Origin: Barthelona sp. PAP020
Taxonomy: Eukaryota
DNA: 62,323 bases
Reading direction: 5' to 3'
Assembly (NCBI GenBank): GCA_040182905.1
Contig: JARQWU010000032.1
Coordinates: 1 to 62,323, forward strand
Below the pieces are notes generated by a model. That model was not told where the DNA came from. It was given only the letters and a program-made list of their open reading frames with translations, and made no database searches. The position numbers were made by a program, and so were the translations under genes. This document shows, piece by piece, positions 9,502 to 21,752 of the stretch. Position 1 is the stretch's first letter. Each line of letters begins with the position of its first letter.

Positions 9502-11921
9502 TTAAAATTTATTTTTAATTTTGGAAAAGAATAAGGGATTCAATCTGGAGAATTGAATAAAATCACTTTCGTTGCTATCACTTTTTGAAGGGCAAAATTC
9601 TTCAACATTCCAAAAGTCGATATCCTTAATTTTCGGATACTCTTCAACAATTTCTTCAAAATCTTTCAGACTGAAATCAAACTCATTGACAAATTGCTCC
9701 ATTGAAAAGAAGGTTTGTCTGTTTGAACGATTTATTAGTGAAAAATATTTATGATAGCGACATTGATCTACAAGGTTATGAGTGGTAAATATTTCAAAAT
9801 TATTTCTACGTGGTAAATAACAAGTTAAACAAGGATCTAAACTCAAATGGTTCAGTAAATTAGTTGCTTTTGATGCTACTTTCTTTATGACTTTTTTTGA
9901 ATCAACAGTATCATAATATACAATATTGATCAATAAATTTTGTTGAATTTTATTCAAAATTGGATGTTCTAACACATATTGTTTGTATTTGATCAATTCA
10001 ATGATATCAATGTCATAGAAACATAAGAAAAAATTATTATTGCATATCAGTGGAATCCAATTCAACTTTTTAAATATTTTTTTGTGCAAGTCATATACTT
10101 TTTGTGAATACTTTTTCCTTTCTAAATAGTTCAAATGTTCAGGACTACAAACATTCAAAAGGGCAAAACAAATTGAGTATTTATTTTGTGTAGATGAAAT
10201 TGATGAAGTGGAAGATATGAAGTTTGTAGAATCAGGTTTAACATGCAAATTAAAAGGTAAATAACTCGATTTAACATCACTATTAAAATGTTCCTTTTGA
10301 ATATTTTCAGTTTGAGTCAATGATGTCATTGTAGTTGTTGAAAGGTTATAAGCATGTCTTAAATTATCTTCTTTTTCTTTTTCTTTTTCTTTCGATTTTG
10401 TTTCACACTCAATAATGTCAATATCATCAGGTGTTTGTTGGTCTACTATTTTAAATTCTTCATTTTCTTCGATTTTATCGTTGGAAATAAACTCAACACT
10501 GTTAAACAAAAGATCATCTTCAGATTGAAAAAGACCGTTTTCATTATAAATGATGATATTTTGTTTATTGAAAACAAAATTGTGAATGGGATATTTTTTT
10601 CTTCTAAAAGTTTCAAAAACAAGATTTGTCTCAAAAAATAAAACATGACCAAATAGATTTGCTGCATTGCGTACTGAATTCCAATTGTATATAGTTGTAA
10701 GAATTAGAACCATAGCAAAATTGATCAAGGTATCAAAGTTTCTAAAGAAGCCAATATTTACACCCATAAGATGTAAACTCATGAAAATAATACTCAATAT
10801 TAAATAAACCCAAAATATTGTCAATAAATTGATGGTTAAAATGCCTGCAACTATAAATACAACTAATTCTAAAGATAAAATCACATAAAAACAACCAAAA
10901 ACAAAAGCAGAAGAAATGAGTTCAGTGATATCAATAAAAGCAATGATGAAAATTAACAAGAGATACCCAAAAATAATAATGAAATACAAAAAGAACTCTA
11001 AATTTTTCTTATACTTTAAAGACACATTTCTATCCTTTAAAAAGCCTATTTGAAAGATATTGAGAGTATATTTCTTCAAATTGCTATCATTCAAGCTGTT
11101 TAAATTGAACTCAAATTTAATTTTCTTTGTTTTTCGATAAAAAAAATAGGTAGTGAGAATTATTAGAGTTGTAATAAACATAACGCTTATTTTTTTGATT
11201 AAAGAATCAAAATAACCAAAAATAGTTACAATTGTTAAAACATATGTCATATCAACCAAAATAATAATGAAAAAGATTTTAATTACTGAAAAATATCTGC
11301 AAAAAGTATATTTTTCAAAAGAAAAAACTGATTTAGTCCTTTCATTTTCAAACATTGAAAAAAAAGGTAAAACCTTTAATAAATCTTGATTACTAACAAA
11401 ATTATCTTTAAAAGAAAGTAAAATGATACGTATTAATGGAGAAAAAGAATTAATGATATCTTTAGTCAAACTAAAATCACAAATGTTCATCTTAGCAGGG
11501 AAAAAAAGATTTGCTGAATACTCATTCAAATCTTTACGACGAAAAATATTATAACAAAAGTCTTCATACTTTTTTGAAGTTGTTCTCGAATCAATTTCAA
11601 TCTGATAAAATTTGTAATTTTCATAATATGTGAGAAATTCATTTAAAATTGAATAGTTCTCAAACTCATTCAAGTTAATTTCAACAAAACGAATCCTCTT
11701 ACATTTCTTGTGAATATTGAGTTTTCGTTTTGATGTTGATCTTAAATTTATTCTTTTTTTTTGTTCTTCCAAATTATAAGCTTGAATAAAATTGTGAAAA
11801 TTCTCTCCAGCAAAAATCAATAAATTGAAATTTGGATCAAATTTAAAAGTTTCTCCATCAAATTGCATTGATTTTTTTGTATCTGGTTCATGTTCATTAT
11901 CTGTTGTTTCAAATTTTGAAT

Positions 11922-11955
<34 letters not shown>

Positions 11956-14136
11956 ATTCATACAACTTTTATTTCCAATTTCTAAATATTCAGCATCTGA
12001 TTTTAATTTTGAATTTGTCCATTTTAAATTTGTATCTGAATTTGTTGTGGGTTCAACGATTTCTGTTTTTTGTTCTTCTTCTTCATCAAATTCAAGATAT
12101 GTATCAATATTTGTTTCTAATTGATAATTATCAAACAATTCACCTTTTTGATCATTCAATTCATTTGTGTTAATGTTAATATTATCTTCAGTTAAAATAC
12201 CTATATCAATACAGACATTGTTTTCAATATAAATATCTTCGTTGTCAATAATTTTACTATTTATTTCTTTATTTCTAGCAATTGTCTGTAATTTACTCAA
12301 ATTCTTTTCAATATATCCTTTAGGTGAATAAACTAAATCACCATCATATATAAATTTCATAAAAATTTTCATTTTTTTCAATTTATTCATATCTTCAATA
12401 TTTAAACTATAAATAGTATCAAAAGTTTTGAAATTTTTGAAATAAATGTTTTCAAAATATTCAAAAGTTACAAAATAATCAAAATTGAAACCACTACAAA
12501 TAGAATGAAAATATTTTTTAATGAAAAAATTTAAAATAATTAATGTTGTTTCTATTAATTCATTTATATATGCTTTATCAGCAAAAACATCAGAATCTGC
12601 TGAGAATATGAGATGAAAAACATCATGTTCATCAATAATTAACCATTCACTGCCATTAAACAATTTGACTAACATTTCATAAAACTTTTCAAATAATTTC
12701 TCATTCATTCTATTTGTCATTCCAAATTTATTATCTTGAATACCAACATCAATAATAATACATTGATCAAATTTAAATATGACTTCTTCTTCTTCTTCTT
12801 CTTCTTCTTCAATAATTTGTTTAATTATTTCTTCTTCTTCTTTTTCATCTTTCTCAAAATTATTTTTGCTATTCATAGTTTCATCCAAAAAAATATCATA
12901 AACAACAGGAATTTGAATTTGATTTAAATTTAAAATTTCAAAAAAAACTTTTTTACATCGTAATTTTTGATTTTTTTTATCAAAATTCAATACTTTCATG
13001 TTATCATTTTCCTCAAAATCTGCTAAAGAATTGAATCTTGACAACAAAGGTTTCGTAACATTATCATTTAATAAATAGTCCCGTTTTGATGGATCAATCA
13101 TCCTTCCATCAGTATACTTCTGTGATAATATAGTGTTACGATGTTGTTCTCGTATTAAACCTTCATAGACACAATAAAATAAATCAATCACTTCACTACT
13201 ATATAAATTTTTTTCAGTAAAATAATCATATCTTGAATAAACATATTGTGCTAATTTTTTTACATAGATCAAATTGCATAAGTTTAAAAAGGTTTCATTC
13301 GTCAAATAATATTTCAAAGTTTTAAAATTTAGTAAATTTGAATAATCATCAAATGATTTTAACAAAGTTTCACAAAGTTTTTCCTCATCTATTTCATAAG
13401 TTGCTAAAAACTTCTCAAATAAGTATGTTTCCAACAATTCATTGCCAAAAGTACAATTTCTACACAGATTCTCATAAAATACTTTTGAACAATATTTAGA
13501 AACATAATTGCTCAACTTACACACAGAAGCAACTATAAATTTTGGTATATACCATCCAATAACATAACAAATACAACATATAATAACACATCCAAATAAT
13601 ATCATTCCATAAGTTCTCATATCTGTGTTGTATCCTTGTTGGGTAAACGTTAAAAATGATACAAAGATAATAATACAAGTGAAAATAATAATTGCAGTGA
13701 AAGACAAAGAATACGCAAACCAAACACATATTGCAGGAATAAATATAGTAGTCCAAGCACTTCCAGGAATAACAGTAGTGGAAGGAACAGAAATTGCTAA
13801 TAAAATAGATAAAATAATATTGAAAGAAAAAAAAAATTTTGAGTTTTTAGTCTTAAATCCATTTTTAGATCGTGGTAATATTTTTAATGTGTAAAATAAT
13901 GCAATAAAATGAATACTTCGAGCAAAAATAAAAATAAATCTATGAATCGTTGAAAACCCTTTCAATATTTCAAAAACGGTGAAATAAAACATTGATAATA
14001 AAAACGCATTTATAAATAACGTGTTTGAATAAGATGGACACGAATCTTCAAAATCACATATTTTATCATCATCATTTTTATCACTAATCTGTTCATTTAA
14101 TCTTTTAAAATAATTAAATACTCGGGTTGTATTCAT
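9502..14136 (-). CDS. Large polytopic membrane protein with two transmembrane bundles, each followed by a cytosolic domain (possible degenerate class III nucleotidyl cyclase)
   Basis: 1544-aa ORF with about 6 hydrophobic segments near the N-terminus and about 6 more around aa 940-1160, plus poly-Glu and poly-Thr tracts. The cyclase call rests on architecture only. Confidence 0.55.
11922..11954. repeat. (TTG)n microsatellite encoding poly-Thr
   Basis: Run ttgttgttg... seen directly; translates as a Thr tract on the minus strand. Confidence 0.9.
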
Positions 14137-14332
14137 ATATCATTCATATATCAAAAACTAAGAAAAAAAGGAATTTTTGATGGATTCACACCATTCAATT
14201 CATTAATGTTCTTTTCATATATAAGCTTTACAAAACTGAATTCTTTTATTTTATGTTGTTTTAAATATTTAAAATCACAAAAATTTAAAAAAAAAAAATC
14301 TTTTTCATCCTCAAACAAAAACTTTATACCAA

Positions 14333-15220
14333 TCAATTCTTTTTTTGATCTTTGCCTTTTTTGTTATAAAAGGGTTTTTTACCACCATAAGCTTCGGCGA
14401 TTCTCAATTTGATTCCATTATAATTGATGGGTTCAGTAATTAATTCTTCAAATACTTCTTCAACAACAGCAAAAGTTACTTTGGTAAATTGACGTTGTTC
14501 ATTGACCATTATGTTAATATTTGCAGGATTATATTTTGAAAAAAGATCAAAGATTTCTTGCTTTGTAACCGAAATTGGCAATCCACCAATAAAGACTTTT
14601 TTTCTTCGTCTCAAATCCTTCTTTTCTTTCGTTTTCATGGGTTTATCAGAAGATACAGTTTTCAAAACAGGGGCTTCTTCAATTGGGGCAGCAGGTATAT
14701 CAATGATGTCTTTTGGACTAGTTTCTGGTTTTGAAACGACCATAATAGAGGAATAATCATTCAACCAATTCAAAATTAAATTACACAATGCTTTCTTTTC
14801 ACTGGTGGATGACTCTTCGTATTGAATAATAATATTCCAATTAATTTCTTCTTCATCCTTGGTAAAGAAAGACACTTTAGTTGAACCAAGGATTGTATAA
14901 TAAAAATCAGTTTGACCATCATTATTTTGGAAATACTTTTTAGTATGAGAGTAATGAATATGCTTCATAGAGATAGTTTTAGTTGATTGTCTATTGTTTT
15001 CCAAATCAAACTTTTCAAAATATTTCTTAATATCCTCAAATCCAACAAGAATTGTTGAAGGTTGAATATCAGTATGTTTTGCAACCGATAAAGTGGGGGG
15101 AAATTTGTTAGAAAATTGCTCATTGAAAAATGATTCTAAATTTCCATTATGCCAAGCAGTAAAAAAATCAGAAAAGAATTTTGTGACACTTTCTCTGACG
15201 TTGAAATCCATATTATTCAT
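14333..15220 (-). CDS. G3BP/Rasputin-like NTF2 + RRM protein
   Basis: N-terminal NTF2-like region (KFFSDFF...GFEDIKKYF), a Pro/Glu/Lys linker, and a C-terminal RRM (KVFIGGLPISVTKQEIFDLFSKY...LRIAEA). Confidence 0.6.
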   Translation of the reverse strand: MNNMDFNVRESVTKFFSDFFTAWHNGNLESFFNEQFSNKFPPTLSVAKHTDIQPSTILVGFEDIKKYFEKFDLENNRQSTKTISMKHIHYSHTKKYFQNNDGQTDFYYTILGSTKVSFFTKDEEEINWNIIIQYEESSTSEKKALCNLILNWLNDYSSIMVVSKPETSPKDIIDIPAAPIEEAPVLKTVSSDKPMKTKEKKDLRRRKKVFIGGLPISVTKQEIFDLFSKYNPANINIMVNEQRQFTKVTFAVVEEVFEELITEPINYNGIKLRIAEAYGGKKPFYNKKGKDQKKN

Positions 15221-15517
15221 ATAATAAAAAAAAAATAGTTCGCCAAAAAATGTTGTGAAAGTTTATTTTTTTTTTTCTTCAAAAAATGGTCAAAATTTCA
15301 AAATTTTCAATGAATTGGTCAGTTCATATCTTTGAAATAATGTTAGTATTAATTTTTTTCTTTTAAAGAATAAAAAACTGTATTTACATGTGAGAAAAAT
15401 ATTTTTTTCCTCGTTTCCTTCCTAGTTTGTTTTTTTGTTGTTTGAACATGTGGATATAATTCTTGATTGATAAAAAAGAAATCAATTTTTTTTTTTGACA
15501 TTATTCTCAGTTCTTTT

Positions 15518-16963
15518 ATGGATGTAATTCAAGTTTTTAAAAATTCTGCACATGAAACAAAAGAATCAGAATTAATATTGAATTTCGGTGTTGATTTTTG
15601 TGTTTGCTTATCTGAACCCAAAATTGATATAGTACCTGAAGAAGAATGGGTTCCCGATTCTTATCAATCTGTGTGTACGTTTTGTGATACTCAATTTACG
15701 TTTTTTACTCGTCGTCATCATTGTCGTAGATGTGGTCGGATTATTTGTCATAATTGTTCTGTTAATGATTTTTATTCGACCAAAGGTCACTATATAAAAA
15801 GAATGTGTACTTTATGTTCTGATGTTTGCAGAAAGACAAAAACCCTCAGTACTTTTGCTGCATATCAATCTTTTTTATCAGGTCCTGACCCTATTATTAG
15901 AGTGGAAATTATTACTGGATTGAGAGGGGCATTACAAACGGAGAATTCCCGTCGCATTCTAACACAAGAATGTAGATCTCTTTTAGTTCAATTGGTAGCC
16001 TTGTTAAGTCCATCCAATCTTCCTGTTGTTGATGAGAAAGTGTCTAACGTTTTGGGAGTTGATTCAAGTTCTGCTTTATTAGGACAATTATTACCATTAT
16101 TTATTAATTATACTGCTACTCTTCAAGCAGATAACTTGGATGCTGCTGTAGAAATTGGATTGATTGATTCGTTGTTACCTTTGTTTAGAGATCCAAGAAT
16201 GAGAAATGTTGAAATGTTGCATCAACAATATATCATCTGGATTTTTAGAAATATATCAAGAATAGAAAAAGGTGCTAATGCTTTGGTTGAAGCCAAAATT
16301 GTTGATAGATTGATTGCTCATCTGGATATTCTACAAGTTCAAACATTTGAAGAACAAATTGTCTGTATTTTAGCTAATTTAACCTTCTACAATACTTCTT
16401 TCAAGAAATTTCTTTTAAAAAATGGCGATCTTCGTTTGTTGGAGCGAATGACAAATTTGTCAAAGAAACCATTGTCTCCCATGGTGAAATTAAACCTGGC
16501 AAGACTAATTGGAAATCTTGCAATGGAGGAGAATGGTGACGTGAATAAGAGATTGTTGTATGAAAATAACTTTCCTCAAACATTACTTGGTTTGCTTGAA
16601 ACTGAGGGAAATTTTGTTTGTTGTGCAATCTTAGCTGCAATGAAAAGATTTTTAAAATTGGAAGATTTTGCTACATTCTTTTTGAATGCCAATATTCAAT
16701 CTACTCTTGTAAATTTCCTTGAAGATCCTTGTACTCTTAAAGCTTTATATGCCACAAAATTTATTGAAAGTTTTTTGAAAGAATATCCATCTTGTTCACC
16801 CCAATTTTTTCAAAATTCTTCAATTGAAGATTTGAAAGAACTTTTTACAAATTTATTAACTTCTCAACATCCTAAAATTCCTAGTTTAGCATCTAAAATC
16901 TTACGAATTTTTTCTTCGAATGATGAAAAAGGAAAACAAGTTAGAGCAAAACTTCCTGAATAA
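15518..16963 (+). CDS. FYVE-domain protein with armadillo-like repeats
   Basis: WVPD...CTFCDTQFTFFTRRHHCRRCGRIICHNCS...RMCTLC is a canonical FYVE domain, followed by ARM-type repeats (WIFRNIS, CILANLT, RLIGNLA). The first ATG is at 15518. Confidence 0.85.
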   Translation: MDVIQVFKNSAHETKESELILNFGVDFCVCLSEPKIDIVPEEEWVPDSYQSVCTFCDTQFTFFTRRHHCRRCGRIICHNCSVNDFYSTKGHYIKRMCTLCSDVCRKTKTLSTFAAYQSFLSGPDPIIRVEIITGLRGALQTENSRRILTQECRSLLVQLVALLSPSNLPVVDEKVSNVLGVDSSSALLGQLLPLFINYTATLQADNLDAAVEIGLIDSLLPLFRDPRMRNVEMLHQQYIIWIFRNISRIEKGANALVEAKIVDRLIAHLDILQVQTFEEQIVCILANLTFYNTSFKKFLLKNGDLRLLERMTNLSKKPLSPMVKLNLARLIGNLAMEENGDVNKRLLYENNFPQTLLGLLETEGNFVCCAILAAMKRFLKLEDFATFFLNANIQSTLVNFLEDPCTLKALYATKFIESFLKEYPSCSPQFFQNSSIEDLKELFTNLLTSQHPKIPSLASKILRIFSSNDEKGKQVRAKLPE

Positions 16964-17051
16964 ATTTATTAAAATGTGTCTGTTTATGTGAATAAAGTTA
17001 TGTTAATTGATGTCTTTTTATCATTTATTTTTAAAAATGTCCAGTGGAAAT

Positions 17052-17059
17052 TTTGGCGC
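17052..17059 (+). promoter_or_regulatory. E2F-consensus-like site TTTGGCGC
   Basis: Exact TTTSSCGC match about 47 nt upstream of ATG 17106, in otherwise CG-poor DNA. Confidence 0.35.
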
Positions 17060-17105
17060 AAAGAAGAAAAAGAACTAATTTTCATTTTGGATAATTCAAT
17101 ATTTA

Positions 17106-18107
17106 ATGGCTGAGATATCTCCGAAATCATTTAAGGCTGCATTATGTACTGTATTAGATGCTTTTACAGAAGGATTAAATGTTGATTTTTTTGATAATGT
17201 TGTTGTTGACAAATTTGCGTCTAATATTGACTCAAAATGTATTCATTGTCAAAATTCATTTACATTTTTGGAAAGTTCTTTTCAAAAATTGTTAAACAGA
17301 GCCAATCAATTGAAAGAATTAGTGGAAATTTTTGAAAATCAGTTTTTACCTCTTGCAGAGTCTGCCGAAAGGGTAAAAAAGAGTATTACACCAAATAGAA
17401 TTTCTCCTTTAGTTGATACACCTAACTTAAATTTGAAATTGAATAATATCAGTACTGGCACCAAATCCAGCACAATTCCAAGATTAAATTTACCTTTATC
17501 TTCAATAAAAAGTATTGATTTTCCATCTCCTGAAGATTCCGTAATTTTAGAAAGTAATAAAAGGAAGAATTCGTTATCCAAAAGCAATGATGAAAATATA
17601 ACCTTTGAATCAACGCACATTAATGATTCTCCTTGTTTTGATGATTCATTTCAAGAGAGTGAATTATTTAATGAGGAAAATTACCAAGAAGATATTGTTT
17701 CTAGTCGGGTCCAATTAATTACTCCTTCAAGAAATCAACCACCAAAAGCTATCCATATGTCACCTTGGGTTAAAAACAAATCCGATGTGGAATCTAATTG
17801 TAATTCAATGGAGATGACTCCAAATAGAAATTTGAACAATCATAACACTAATAACCACAATAATAATAAAAAGAAAAATGTCTACAGGTATAATCTTACG
17901 GGTAAAGAAAATGTTAACATTCAAAATCTCAAACAGGGCAAGAATACAAAGAGACAATTATTTTCACAATCTCCTGTGCGACAAAAGTTTGATAAAAGTT
18001 CCATAGACCCATATACAGAACCTGCGACACCTTTTACAAAAGATATGACTGCTAGTGATAAGTTTGGAATTTTGGAACAATTATATATTAAGACTGTTAA
18101 GCGGTGA
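17106..18107 (+). CDS. Hypothetical protein: N-terminal helical domain and disordered S/T-P-rich tail
   Basis: 333-aa ORF with many SP/TP sites (TPNR, TPSR, SPVR) and a KEN motif. Confidence 0.7.
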   Translation: MAEISPKSFKAALCTVLDAFTEGLNVDFFDNVVVDKFASNIDSKCIHCQNSFTFLESSFQKLLNRANQLKELVEIFENQFLPLAESAERVKKSITPNRISPLVDTPNLNLKLNNISTGTKSSTIPRLNLPLSSIKSIDFPSPEDSVILESNKRKNSLSKSNDENITFESTHINDSPCFDDSFQESELFNEENYQEDIVSSRVQLITPSRNQPPKAIHMSPWVKNKSDVESNCNSMEMTPNRNLNNHNTNNHNNNKKKNVYRYNLTGKENVNIQNLKQGKNTKRQLFSQSPVRQKFDKSSIDPYTEPATPFTKDMTASDKFGILEQLYIKTVKR

Positions 18108-18384
18108 CTTTTTTTTCCTCATGTTGGTAACTTTTAGTTTTCTTTCTTTTTGTGTTTATATCTTGTGTGTAAGAAATAGAAATAAAAATTGACAAAATTT
18201 ACCTTTGTATTAGATTTGGAGTTTTTTACAACGGAATTTGATCAAAAAAAGAAATATATATATTTATAAATTAATAAATTTTTTTTTGAAGAGTGGTCTA
18301 TCCGTTTATTTTGAATAAACAGGAGTCCTTATTCTTTGATTCCACTAAAAAAAGGTATTTTTGCAGCTGCGACTTGTCAATAAT

Positions 18385-18776
18385 GTTTTTTATTTAGTTA
18401 AAGGTATTGGAAGCAAAATTGAACAATGGAATGTAGCTAATTAGATATTGGAAAGCAATTTAAGTAAACAAATATTTTGTCAAGCAAAATTTCAACCAAA
18501 AATGCAATTAATTAATTAGAGAAATTCATAAGCTAGCTTTTATTTTGAACAGTTTGACACTGAAAAAATATGTTATCTGATGTAACATATAAATAACTGG
18601 TAATTATTTGAATCCTCCTGAACAGAATAATCTTGAGAATTTACTTGTTTGTGCAATCATAAACTCAATACAATAATTGACTAATTGCTAAATTGGACTT
18701 ATTCAACTGATAAAAAACAGTTTCAATGCAATGTAAATGGATGTACTTCTCATTGGTTTAATAACAAATGGACCAC
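18385..18776 (-). repeat. Degenerate dispersed repeat, copy D (inverted)
   Basis: tttatttagttaaagg at about 18389 matches the reverse complement of copy A cctttaaccaaataaa. acaaatggacc at 18764 is the reverse complement of ggtccatttgt (the GGTCCAGTTGT block). Confidence 0.5.
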
Positions 18777-18900
18777 TTGAAAACATGAAAAAATTAACAA
18801 ATTTACAATTCTAATATACAAATAAGATGATGTCAAAAAAAAAAATAGTCGTTTCTTTTTCAATTTTAAAATTTTAGATTATAAAGGAATACGGTAAATT

Positions 18901-20931
18901 TCATCTCAGCACTTTAGATCTGAATTTTTCATTGAATAAAATTCCAAATGTATCTCTTAATGGTTTTTTACACATGAAATCAAAAGCATTTGAAAAGATG
19001 TCAAACACAATTATTTTATCGGGAGATTTGCAAGTTACACCTTTATAAATTGGTAAAGCTAACGATAAAGGATCCCAATATTCTTTACCAATCATACAAT
19101 TCATTCCTGTTGGATCCATAAATATATCGAATGGACATAATAATATTTCAGCAAGTTCTGAAATCAACAAATCAGTACGAATGTCCCAAGTAGATTTGAA
19201 ATTTTTTGCTGGATTGCCATTGGTGATTATTGTTGGTGATTGTCTCCCTTGAATACGCCCATAAATTAGAGGAAATATTACATTAGCAAAACCATTCTCC
19301 TCTGATAACGATGTTAAAGGCACAGGTGGAAAAAAGTCTTGAATAATTTGTCTAGCAAATTCTTTTTTGAAACTAACTTCTTTGAGCTTCTTAAGACTAT
19401 TAGCAAGTTCAATTATATTGTCATCAGTGTATTTCAATAGGAAATGACAAATGACATACAAAATTGGCGCCCAACCATGAGCAATAATCACTCTAGGTGG
19501 TGAAATAAAAGTCCTAGCCAATTCAACATGTCTGTCAGGACCTTTTGCCAAGGTAGAAATAACTAAAAATTGCTGAATATCAATATTCGAAGGTCCAGAT
19601 AGAATTAAAGCTTCATCTAAAAATTGTACATAATTCAATCGTTTGGGAATCTCGAATGGCAGATTAAATCTTTCAAAAATTTCAATTAATTCGAAATATT
19701 TGTCATTATCAATCAGATCAATGCTTAATTCCACAAACGAATCCAAATATTCAATGGTTGATCCACTAAACATCTCAAAGATAGCCATCTTTAATGAATC
19801 TTTTTTATCCAATTTGACAAAAAAAGTGGCAATCATTTTTCTTGTGACCATGTTAAATGTACGATCTCTTAGAATTTTTAATAAAAGAATGATTATTTTG
19901 ATATTTTCTTTCAAAATTAGCGATTGTTCGTGTGAATTTAGTAATAAGATTAGAGAGTTCAATATATACTTCATTAAATTTTCAATTATTTGATCTGATG
20001 TATCACTTCTTGATAAATTTTGTATTAAAGTTTTTAAATTTGCAAGAAACATTTCAAACATACCAAAAGCTGATAATATTTCACAATCTACCTTCAAAAT
20101 AGCATGAATAAATTGAATAAATCCATTTGCTATCATGAGAACTTCATGAAAATTCAAACATAATTTTTCAACACATTTCTTTAAACTCGTTGGAAATATC
20201 AAAATTGAACTAGTAACAATGTCTATGTTGCTATTTGTTATGTTGACCAACAGCCATAAACTTAATTTAGCCAAATCATTGTTGATGCTTTCGGAAGAAA
20301 TTATATTTACCAGCAAAAATTCACAAAATTTATTGGTTATTATCACATCAATACAAACATCTTGTAAACAAACTTGAGAAAAGAAACGGAAAGCTAATGA
20401 AATCAAATGAATATTGTTATTTTGTCTACATAACGATTTTAAAGTGTCTAATAATAATAGACATTGATTCTTTGTCAATATCAAGTCTGAATATGAACCT
20501 AAAAATTGTAAACAATTTTTTAAACATTCATTTTGTAATTTTGTTGATATGTCAGTAATTTCTAAAGGTAAATAGCTGATAATAGAATCAAAAATCGTTT
20601 GAATAATGTTCATATCAGTAATCCTCGTTCTAGTCAACCAAGAAGATATATTATATATTCTTAATAACAAATATTGACTTTCAATAGTAATTAAATCATG
20701 TAATTTTGGTAAAATTTCCACCAAACCATATTCTTCAAATAAGCTAATTCTATTATCAACAGAATATTCAATATAATCTTTTACAGCAATCAAAATACCC
20801 ATAATTTTATCATAATCAGCCAAATTTTGATAATTGACCAAACTCAAATCAACTTTCATTGTTTCAAAAAAGACATTTTCTTTAATATCGTGAACATTTA
20901 AACTTTCAATTTCATTATAGTCAAAACTCAT
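18901..20931 (-). CDS. ARM/HEAT-like alpha-solenoid protein
   Basis: 676-aa Leu/Ile-rich helical ORF with ARM-like motifs (LWLLVNIT, LQFLGSYS). Confidence 0.6.
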   Translation of the reverse strand: MSFDYNEIESLNVHDIKENVFFETMKVDLSLVNYQNLADYDKIMGILIAVKDYIEYSVDNRISLFEEYGLVEILPKLHDLITIESQYLLLRIYNISSWLTRTRITDMNIIQTIFDSIISYLPLEITDISTKLQNECLKNCLQFLGSYSDLILTKNQCLLLLDTLKSLCRQNNNIHLISLAFRFFSQVCLQDVCIDVIITNKFCEFLLVNIISSESINNDLAKLSLWLLVNITNSNIDIVTSSILIFPTSLKKCVEKLCLNFHEVLMIANGFIQFIHAILKVDCEILSAFGMFEMFLANLKTLIQNLSRSDTSDQIIENLMKYILNSLILLLNSHEQSLILKENIKIIILLLKILRDRTFNMVTRKMIATFFVKLDKKDSLKMAIFEMFSGSTIEYLDSFVELSIDLIDNDKYFELIEIFERFNLPFEIPKRLNYVQFLDEALILSGPSNIDIQQFLVISTLAKGPDRHVELARTFISPPRVIIAHGWAPILYVICHFLLKYTDDNIIELANSLKKLKEVSFKKEFARQIIQDFFPPVPLTSLSEENGFANVIFPLIYGRIQGRQSPTIITNGNPAKNFKSTWDIRTDLLISELAEILLCPFDIFMDPTGMNCMIGKEYWDPLSLALPIYKGVTCKSPDKIIVFDIFSNAFDFMCKKPLRDTFGILFNEKFRSKVLR

Positions 20932-21012
20932 CCTGGATAAAAACCAGTTTTCTCACAAAAGAAAAAGGACTTCATTTCCTCTTCTTTTTTTCTTTTTTTT
21001 CTTTAATGTAAT

Positions 21013-21489
21013 ATGAAGTATTCTATTTTACAAAAAGTGAGCGATGATAGATCTTATTTTGAATACACGGTGAAAAGAAATAAATCCAAATATTCGATCA
21101 AACTCCTAAGTTTTTTATGTTTACCTCTTTTATTTGCTATTTTTTTTAAAAGAACTTCATTAATTTTAATTTTTGGTTTGATTTTTTGCGTTTTATTTTT
21201 TTTAAAACTGAATGAAACAAAATCTGAGAGTTTGCGTATTTATTCCCCTTGGACTATCGAAGTTCAAACAAATTCATTTTTGAAAAAAAATAGTTATAGT
21301 TTAGCAATTGGAGATATCAAGCATATGATAATTAATGAAGTCATAAATTTGGGCCAAATTTATTATGTTCTTCAATTTGTTCCTAAATCATCAGATTTGC
21401 CAGTGATTACCACGTTTCCTCACATTTTACCCAAATTAAATGATATCAAAAATATATACAATGAATTGAGTGATATCTTTCCATTATAA
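21013..21489 (+). CDS. PIGH: GPI-GlcNAc transferase subunit PIG-H/Gpi15
   Basis: Two N-terminal transmembrane segments, then ESLRI...IKHMIINEVI...IYYVL...FPHILPKL..I..IY, typical of the PIG-H domain. Confidence 0.75.
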   Translation: MKYSILQKVSDDRSYFEYTVKRNKSKYSIKLLSFLCLPLLFAIFFKRTSLILIFGLIFCVLFFLKLNETKSESLRIYSPWTIEVQTNSFLKKNSYSLAIGDIKHMIINEVINLGQIYYVLQFVPKSSDLPVITTFPHILPKLNDIKNIYNELSDIFPL

Positions 21490-21752
21490 ACCTTTATTTA
21501 TTCATTTTTGTTGATTTAAAAGATTTTTTAAAAGTTAAAAACTTTTCACTTTCTAAAGAAAAATAAAGAGAATAGTTTTATTATCCCAAACTTTTCAAGA
21601 TAAGTTTAAAAATAGGTAATTAGACGCTAAATAAACTAAATTTCACATTATTTTCGAAAAAAAAAATGTTAAAAAAATCCATGATTTGATGACCAATAAA
21701 GAAAATGAAATATGTTTCCAATAATCTGTTTTAGTTAACCAAAAACGTGAAC

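Noticed and set aside
12784..12810. (TTC)n tract as a functional repeat element
   Set aside because: It simply encodes a poly-Glu low-complexity linker.
14151..14336. Upstream ORF as an extension or readthrough of the 1544-aa membrane protein
   Set aside because: It is in a different reading frame from ATG 14136, and no convincing GT-AG intron links the two.
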